NCBI GenBank assembly: GCA_018650795.1
Contig: JABIFG010000272.1
Coordinates: 10,512-74,511, forward strand
Source of the DNA: Fidelibacterota bacterium
GTDB lineage: Bacteria; Fidelibacterota; UBA8477; JABMPR01
DNA length: 64,000 bases
Reading direction: 5' to 3'
The translations under genes were made by a program, and so were the position numbers. This document shows positions 58,043 to 64,000 of the stretch, piece by piece. The notes below the pieces were generated by a model. It was given only the letters and a program-made list of their open reading frames with translations. It was not told the origin of the DNA and ran no database searches. Each line of letters starts with the position of its first letter. The first letter of the stretch is position 1.

Positions 58043-59425
58043 ATGCTAACCAACGCAACATTTAGAGAATATTGCCAATCACAGAGTTGGTATAGACCCG
58101 GTCTCAAAATATTAATTGGCTGCTCAGGTGGCGTTGATTCAACTGTTCTCCTACATTTGTTCCGCAAGATTCCAGAAATCCAAATCAGTATTGTACATTT
58201 TGATCATCAACTCAGGGGAGCTGACAGTGATGCAGATAGAGAATTTGTAGAAGAAATGTCATTTAAGCTTGGTTACTCCGTACATGTATTTGCTGAAGAC
58301 ATTGCCAATTATGCTGCAAAAAACACTCTGAGCGTAGAAGAAGCAGGTAGTATCAGACGTAGATCTACATTTCTAGGCCTTAAGGAGGAACTGGGGTATG
58401 ACTATGTTGCGACTGGTCAACACCAGGATGATCAGATTGAAACCATACTGATAAACCTGTACCAAGGGAGTGGTATTCAAGGATTAACCGGGACCAGTGA
58501 GAGATATAGTGGTTTCATCCGACCTTTGCTTGGATTCTCGCGTGAACAGATCATGCAATATTCAGATGATCAAAAGCTCAAGTATCGCACTGACAAATCA
58601 AATACAGACACAACCTTTTTAAGAAATAACATCAGAGCCAATATTATTCCTGGATTGATCGATAATTATGATATTGAGCTGAGAGCCTGTATTAAGAGCA
58701 TAATCCAAGCTGGACAGGCTTTAAAAGCCTTGATAGATACAAGCATAGAAGATGTTGATATAAAAGAGTTTAGCACGTATTATGTCCCGAAAATAGCATT
58801 AGGAATGGGTCTGCTCCCCGACTATTTTTCGCCGATCCAAAAGGCGATTTTTGACAGAGCTTTTCAATTTATTTCTTTGATGCCTCAGGGAATCTCATCC
58901 AGCCATTTTCGAGCCTTGAAATCGTTGTTTGGAGACGAAGCCATAGGAAAGGAAATTCAGCTACCAATCTCGGTGAGCGCCTGTCGGAATAGAGAAGGGG
59001 TAATTCTTTATAAGAAATCAGATTATAATTGGTCTCAATCACAGTTGTCAATCACCAGCAACAGTAAGTTTCCATTTTTTATAATCGAAGATACCACTTC
59101 AAATCTTGGGAATCATTTACAAGACCCGTCATATTTCTGGTACGTTCATGATCCAGAAGCATACACATTTCGAGTAATTGAGTCCGGTGATAGGTTGGTG
59201 GTTGATGCCTCAGGTAGATCAATTTCCGTTAACCAAATCTTGCAATCCGCACGCGTCGCGCCATTCCTGAAAGCATTTTACCCTGTCATGGAATATGATG
59301 GTGAAATCTTATGGGTACCTGGCATTAGAACAGCATACCCGGTGATGGTTTCTGCGAATGTGGTCAAAGAAAATGAGTTAAAGCACTGTATAAAGGTTCA
59401 ATTTCAAAAGGGAACGTTTGAATGA
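58043..59425 (+). CDS. tilS: tRNA(Ile)-lysidine synthetase
   Basis: PP-loop SGGVDS, HFDHQLR, HQDDQIET, IRPLL, RNNIR; tilS-hpt-ftsH order. Confidence 0.92.
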   Translation: MLTNATFREYCQSQSWYRPGLKILIGCSGGVDSTVLLHLFRKIPEIQISIVHFDHQLRGADSDADREFVEEMSFKLGYSVHVFAEDIANYAAKNTLSVEEAGSIRRRSTFLGLKEELGYDYVATGQHQDDQIETILINLYQGSGIQGLTGTSERYSGFIRPLLGFSREQIMQYSDDQKLKYRTDKSNTDTTFLRNNIRANIIPGLIDNYDIELRACIKSIIQAGQALKALIDTSIEDVDIKEFSTYYVPKIALGMGLLPDYFSPIQKAIFDRAFQFISLMPQGISSSHFRALKSLFGDEAIGKEIQLPISVSACRNREGVILYKKSDYNWSQSQLSITSNSKFPFFIIEDTTSNLGNHLQDPSYFWYVHDPEAYTFRVIESGDRLVVDASGRSISVNQILQSARVAPFLKAFYPVMEYDGEILWVPGIRTAYPVMVSANVVKENELKHCIKVQFQKGTFE

Positions 59426-59991
59426 AAACGCGAGTAGTGGAAAATATGGGGAAGTACACCGGACAGGTTTTGGAAGAAATCTATTCCCAGGAAGTCATCG
59501 AAAATAGAGTGGAAGAGCTGGCCAAGCAGATATCCACTGAATACGCTGGCAGGGTTCCAATCTTGATTGGTGTATTGAACGGATCTGTGTTCTTCCTGGC
59601 CGATCTTGCTAAAAGGCTCGAAATTGATTGCGAAATTGATTTCATCAAAGTCTCTTCATATCACTCTGGCACCCAATCATCTGGAACTGTACGACTTCTA
59701 AAGGATATCAGCTGTATCATCACTGATCGTGATGTTATCATTGTAGAGGATATTATTGATAGCGGTCTAACTGCCAGATTTTTAAAACACAGAATATTGG
59801 AAAATCAGCCCAACTCGGTCGCTTTCGCTTCCTTGCTTTTTAAACGGGAATGTCTCAAACTTGAATTTGAGGCTGAGTACGTGGGATTTGAAGTTGCAGA
59901 CCGATTTTTAGTGGGCTATGGATTGGATCTAGATCAAAAATTCAGGAACCTACCGTCGATCTGGGCATTTCCTCTAAATATGAATTTGTAA
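59422..59991 (+). CDS. hpt: Hypoxanthine phosphoribosyltransferase
   Basis: [35 protein letters not shown]. Confidence 0.94.
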   Translation: MKTRVVENMGKYTGQVLEEIYSQEVIENRVEELAKQISTEYAGRVPILIGVLNGSVFFLADLAKRLEIDCEIDFIKVSSYHSGTQSSGTVRLLKDISCIITDRDVIIVEDIIDSGLTARFLKHRILENQPNSVAFASLLFKRECLKLEFEAEYVGFEVADRFLVGYGLDLDQKFRNLPSIWAFPLNMNL

Positions 59992-60001
59992 AAGGATACA
60001 A

Positions 60002-62449
60002 ATGAACGCAGATAATAAATCAAATAAAAATCAGGAGAGAACTCCTCATAATCAGGATAATTCTCCTCGTCGAAACGACAGACAATCTAATCAACGTCGT
60101 AGATCACCCAGAAAACCTTATAATAAGGCCGATAATCGTAATCAACGTGACAATAGGGATAACAGGGATAATAGAGGTAAAAGAGATAATCGGGATTCAA
60201 GGCAGAAGAACACGCGCAGACCCGAATCAAAGCCACAAAAGAAATCCACCAATATTAAAATTACTCGTCCCACTGAGGGAAATGAAAACTGGCAAAAAGG
60301 ATTGAAGACAACACTTCTGTGGGTTGCTATTCTCATGTCAGTGTTTTTCTTTGCTCAAATTTTAAAAACAGATACAGAGCATATCCAGAAACTTGGTTAT
60401 ACAGAGTATCGAGCCTTGCTTAACGATGGAAAAATTGAAACAGCTGTTTTAAAGAAAAATCAGTTTCATGGAACTCTCAAATTGCCAGAAACCACTGTCA
60501 TTAATGGTGTCAGCAAAGATTATCAGAAATTTTGGGTTGTTCTATCGCCAACCATTGATAGTGATGTAACAGCTGAATGGGATGCAATGGGGATTGTTTA
60601 TGAATTTCAGGATGAGACCCGGGATTGGGTTGATTATCTTTTTCAGATATTACCCTGGTTCCTGATCATCTTTTTCTGGTTTTTCCTCATGCGCAGGATG
60701 CAATCCGGCGGCGGTGGAACAAAGGGCATATTCTCCTTTGGAAAAAGCCGGGCAAAAATCATTGATCAGGAAAAACCCCAGACCACTTTCAGAGATGTAG
60801 CTGGGTGTGATGAGGCCAAAGAAGAGCTCAGAGAGATTGTCCAATATCTAAAACACCCCGATCGATTTCAAAAGCTTGGTGGTAAGATTCCAAAGGGTGC
60901 CTTGTTGGTAGGACCCCCAGGAACGGGAAAAACTTTATTGGCTAGAGCTGTTGCAGGTGAAGCAGATGTTCCTTTCTTTAGTTTGAGCGGAGCTGATTTT
61001 GTGGAAATGTTTGTTGGTGTTGGAGCCAGCCGTGTTCGAGATTTATTTGAGCAGAGCAAGAAAAATGCACCCTGTATCATTTTTATTGATGAGTTAGATG
61101 CGGTGGGCCGTCAGCGTGGAGCCGGCTTAGGCGGAGGTCATGATGAAAGAGAACAAACTCTGAATGCTCTTCTGGTTGAAATGGATGGTTTTGAGACCAC
61201 AGATAATATCATTCTACTAGCTGCTACCAACAGACCTGATGTCCTCGATTCTGCTTTATTGAGACCTGGACGTTTTGACAGACAGATTTCTGTAGATAAT
61301 CCAGATGTTCGTGGACGTGAAGCCATTTTAAAGGTTCACTCCAAGAATATCCCATTAGCAAAAAATGTTCGACTTGATATCATCGCAAAAGGCACTCCTG
61401 GAATGTCTGGTGCTGATCTTGCCAACCTTATCAATGAAGCTGCTCTGCTTGCATCTAAGCACAGAAAACAACGCGTAGAAATGGTTGATATTGAACATGC
61501 AAAAGACAAAGTCATGATGGGTTCTGAACGTCGTAGCATGGTTATCAATGAAAAGGAAAAAAGAACCACAGCTGTTCACGAAGCCGGACATGCTCTGGTT
61601 GCCCGAATGACCACCGGCACTGATCCAGTTCACAAAGTAACCATCATACCTCGTGGTCGTGCTCTGGGGCTGACAGCCCAATTGCCTGAAGATGATCGCT
61701 ATAATTTTTCCAGAGATTACATGGAAGGAATGCTGGCTATCCTCATGGGAGGACGTGTTGCTGAGGAAGTGGTGCTTAACCAGATGACAACTGGTGCTGG
61801 AAATGATATCGAACGTGCAACTTCACTGGCCCGAAAAATGGTCACCGAGTGGGGCATGAGCGAAAAAATGGGTCCTATGACTTACGGGCAAAAGAAGGAA
61901 GAAATCTTCATCGGTCGGGACCTGGGTATGCACCGTGACTTTAGTGAAGATATGGCAAAAAAGATCGATGCAGAAGTTCGTAAGATTATTGACATTGCAT
62001 ATAAAAAAGCCAAAGACATCATTTCAAAAAACCAGGATAAATTAGAGAAAATCACGAATTTGCTTCTGGATAAAGAGAGTATTGACGGTCGACAGCTTGA
62101 TAGAGTCTTGGGGATTAAATTTGAAGATTCTACTGTGCACCAGAAAAGTGGGAAACATCAACAGGGAAGAAGTCGATCTAACCATCCGAGACATCGCTCT
62201 GATAATCCCAGGCAAAACCCTGAAAAGGTTAACCCCACAAGCAAAACTGAATCAAGTGATGTTGCCAAGCCCGCAGCCCCTGTTAAGGTTCCGGAGCCAC
62301 CTCAAACTACCGACAAAGTCGAGGAAAAGGTGAAGAAACCAGTTGCAAAGAAAAAAAGGGCTCCTGCGAAAAAAAGACCTGCCAAGGCTAAGCCAGTACC
62401 TGGGAGTGAGAGTTCAGAAGAACCAGCTTCGGAAGAACCCAAAGAGTAA
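60002..62449 (+). CDS. ftsH: ATP-dependent zinc metalloprotease FtsH with long low-complexity termini
   Basis: Two [28 protein letters not shown]. Confidence 0.97.
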   Translation: MNADNKSNKNQERTPHNQDNSPRRNDRQSNQRRRSPRKPYNKADNRNQRDNRDNRDNRGKRDNRDSRQKNTRRPESKPQKKSTNIKITRPTEGNENWQKGLKTTLLWVAILMSVFFFAQILKTDTEHIQKLGYTEYRALLNDGKIETAVLKKNQFHGTLKLPETTVINGVSKDYQKFWVVLSPTIDSDVTAEWDAMGIVYEFQDETRDWVDYLFQILPWFLIIFFWFFLMRRMQSGGGGTKGIFSFGKSRAKIIDQEKPQTTFRDVAGCDEAKEELREIVQYLKHPDRFQKLGGKIPKGALLVGPPGTGKTLLARAVAGEADVPFFSLSGADFVEMFVGVGASRVRDLFEQSKKNAPCIIFIDELDAVGRQRGAGLGGGHDEREQTLNALLVEMDGFETTDNIILLAATNRPDVLDSALLRPGRFDRQISVDNPDVRGREAILKVHSKNIPLAKNVRLDIIAKGTPGMSGADLANLINEAALLASKHRKQRVEMVDIEHAKDKVMMGSERRSMVINEKEKRTTAVHEAGHALVARMTTGTDPVHKVTIIPRGRALGLTAQLPEDDRYNFSRDYMEGMLAILMGGRVAEEVVLNQMTTGAGNDIERATSLARKMVTEWGMSEKMGPMTYGQKKEEIFIGRDLGMHRDFSEDMAKKIDAEVRKIIDIAYKKAKDIISKNQDKLEKITNLLLDKESIDGRQLDRVLGIKFEDSTVHQKSGKHQQGRSRSNHPRHRSDNPRQNPEKVNPTSKTESSDVAKPAAPVKVPEPPQTTDKVEEKVKKPVAKKKRAPAKKRPAKAKPVPGSESSEEPASEEPKE

Positions 62450-62465
62450 ATTACAATCATTTCCT

Positions 62466-63335
62466 ATGACTGAGGACAGAATCTCATTGGGAATAGGGCA
62501 AAAATGGTTGATTAAAGGTCAGGAGTTACATGTAGATACGCCACTCATCATGGGTATTCTGAATGTAACTCCTGATTCATTTAGTGATGGTGGTAAATTT
62601 GTAGATCCTTCAACAGCACTTGAAAAAGCACTTGAGATGCTTAGCTCAGGGGCAACCATCATTGATGTAGGGGGAGAATCCACGCGCCCTGGCTCTAAGC
62701 CAGTTACGGCTCAGGAAGAAATTTCCCGTGTTATTCCTATTATCGAAAAACTTGCCTCGCAATCAGGGGCGTTGATTTCGATTGATACACAAAAAGCTGC
62801 AGTGGCACGTGCCGCTTTGGAAGCCGGTGCTCATATCGTCAACGATGTTTCCGGCGGTAGGAATGATGCTGCCATGTTTGCCCTGGTGCAGGAAAGTCGA
62901 GCGGGCTTTATCCTCATGCATATGCTGGGTACACCTGAAACGATGCAGCATGCTCCTGTGTATGGGAAAGTTCTAGAGGATGTAATACATTTCTTCAATG
63001 AAAGCGTTCATGCTGCGACGAATTCAGGTATTGATATGGATCAGATCATTCTCGATCCAGGTATTGGTTTTGGAAAGACATTGACAGATAATTTGGTCTT
63101 GATGGGGAATCTAGGCGTTCTGAAGGAATTGGGCAGACCCTTACTTTTGGGTGCTTCCCGCAAATCCTTCATTGGTATGATCGACGATTCGACACCGGAT
63201 CAACGTCTTGGTGGATCCCTGGCCGCAGTTATCTCTGCTTACCAACAAGGGGTGAGATTATTCAGGGTTCATGATGTTGCTGAAACACGACAAGTTCTTG
63301 ATATCTTCACTGCCATTCAAAAACATTCGGATTAA
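62466..63335 (+). CDS. folP: Dihydropteroate synthase
   Basis: MGILNVTPDSFSDGG, GGESTRPG, DPGIGFGK, SRKSF, RVHDV. ATG 62466 avoids overlap with ftsH. Confidence 0.95.
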   Translation: MTEDRISLGIGQKWLIKGQELHVDTPLIMGILNVTPDSFSDGGKFVDPSTALEKALEMLSSGATIIDVGGESTRPGSKPVTAQEEISRVIPIIEKLASQSGALISIDTQKAAVARAALEAGAHIVNDVSGGRNDAAMFALVQESRAGFILMHMLGTPETMQHAPVYGKVLEDVIHFFNESVHAATNSGIDMDQIILDPGIGFGKTLTDNLVLMGNLGVLKELGRPLLLGASRKSFIGMIDDSTPDQRLGGSLAAVISAYQQGVRLFRVHDVAETRQVLDIFTAIQKHSD

Positions 63336-63343
63336 ATTGCATA

Positions 63344-64000
63344 GTGTCTGATAAAAAAAATATACTTCTAATTATCCTCGGACTGCTGGTTACAGCAGTC
63401 ACAATCTATTTCTGGCGTTTTGAGTTATTCTCGCTGGCCTTTCTATCTGTGCGTGTCTATGATGTGGTAGATGTCCTCGCTGTTTCGTTCGTATTGTACT
63501 CATTGTATAAAATATTCAAAGGGACCCGCGCAGCTCAATTGCTGTCAGGTATCCTTATCCTGATACTCCTATCAGTCATAGTTCGGTGGGCCGAATTACA
63601 CGGTATGTCCTGGCTCTTGTCAAATCTCTCTACCGTATGGGTAATAGCTGTTGTAATCCTATTCCAACCTGAGCTCAGACGGATTTTGATATACCTAGGA
63701 CAAAATCCCTTTGTCCGTTACCTGTTTAGGGTGAAAAATCTCGCCATGGTTGGCGAAATTACAGAATCAGTTCTGATTTGTCAGGAGCGTAAGTGGGGAA
63801 TGTTGATTGTCATGGAAGGTGAAGTGGGTCTTAAGCATATTAAAGAAAAATCAGCATCAATTAATGCCCAGGTTTCTGCTGAACTTCTGGTTTCTATTTT
63901 TAATCCTACTTCACCTTTACATGATGGGGCCGTGATAATAAGCCATGAAGTCATCGATGCAGCTAAATGTATCCTACCACTATCAGAGGAGCCTCAGGGG
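63344..64000 (+). CDS. cdaA: Diadenylate cyclase CdaA/DacA, 3'-truncated by window edge (absent from the ORF track)
   Basis: GTG start, TM helices, KGTRAAQLLSG, ILFQPELRR, SIF..SPLHDGAVII, CILPLS. Confidence 0.9.
   Translation, partial: MSDKKNILLIILGLLVTAVTIYFWRFELFSLAFLSVRVYDVVDVLAVSFVLYSLYKIFKGTRAAQLLSGILILILLSVIVRWAELHGMSWLLSNLSTVWVIAVVILFQPELRRILIYLGQNPFVRYLFRVKNLAMVGEITESVLICQERKWGMLIVMEGEVGLKHIKEKSASINAQVSAELLVSIFNPTSPLHDGAVIISHEVIDAAKCILPLSEEPQG

Noticed and set aside
62343..62465. N-terminal extension of FolP in the ORF track
   Set aside because: It overlaps the ftsH tail in another frame; ATG 62466 gives a normal-length protein.

Overview
A 64-kb stretch of bacterial core chromosome, almost entirely + strand and densely packed. 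Gene content suggests an FCB-group organism, possibly Marinimicrobia-like; this is inference only. It carries housekeeping genes (alaS, obgE, ffs-dnaX-ybaB-recR, pgsA-pgpA-cinA-thpR-recA-recX, comEC, dprA, gpsA, ispH, pdxST, dxs, tilS-hpt-ftsH-folP-cdaA), a variant cytochrome c maturation cluster, an SRP RNA and tRNA-Leu(CAA). The best novelty candidate is a 480-bp cassette between recA and recX: a GxxExxY (PD-(D/E)XK) nuclease gene with an in-frame TAA, bounded by inverted ends of TAAC + three 9-nt CGCnnAR units and flanked by a 5-bp TGTAT direct repeat. A solo copy of the same end lies at 3222-3251. A second mini-nuclease (GIY-YIG) beside the tRNA is bracketed by three ~30-nt direct repeats. 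Notable proteins include an archaeal-type ferredoxin + geranylgeranyl reductase pair, an archaeal class II GAPDH-like enzyme, an iodotyrosine deiodinase homolog, an acyl-CoA mutase with isobutyryl-CoA mutase residues, an RNase HII-YraN fusion and an FtsH with long disordered tails. All product calls come from motif recognition by eye; no database search was run.
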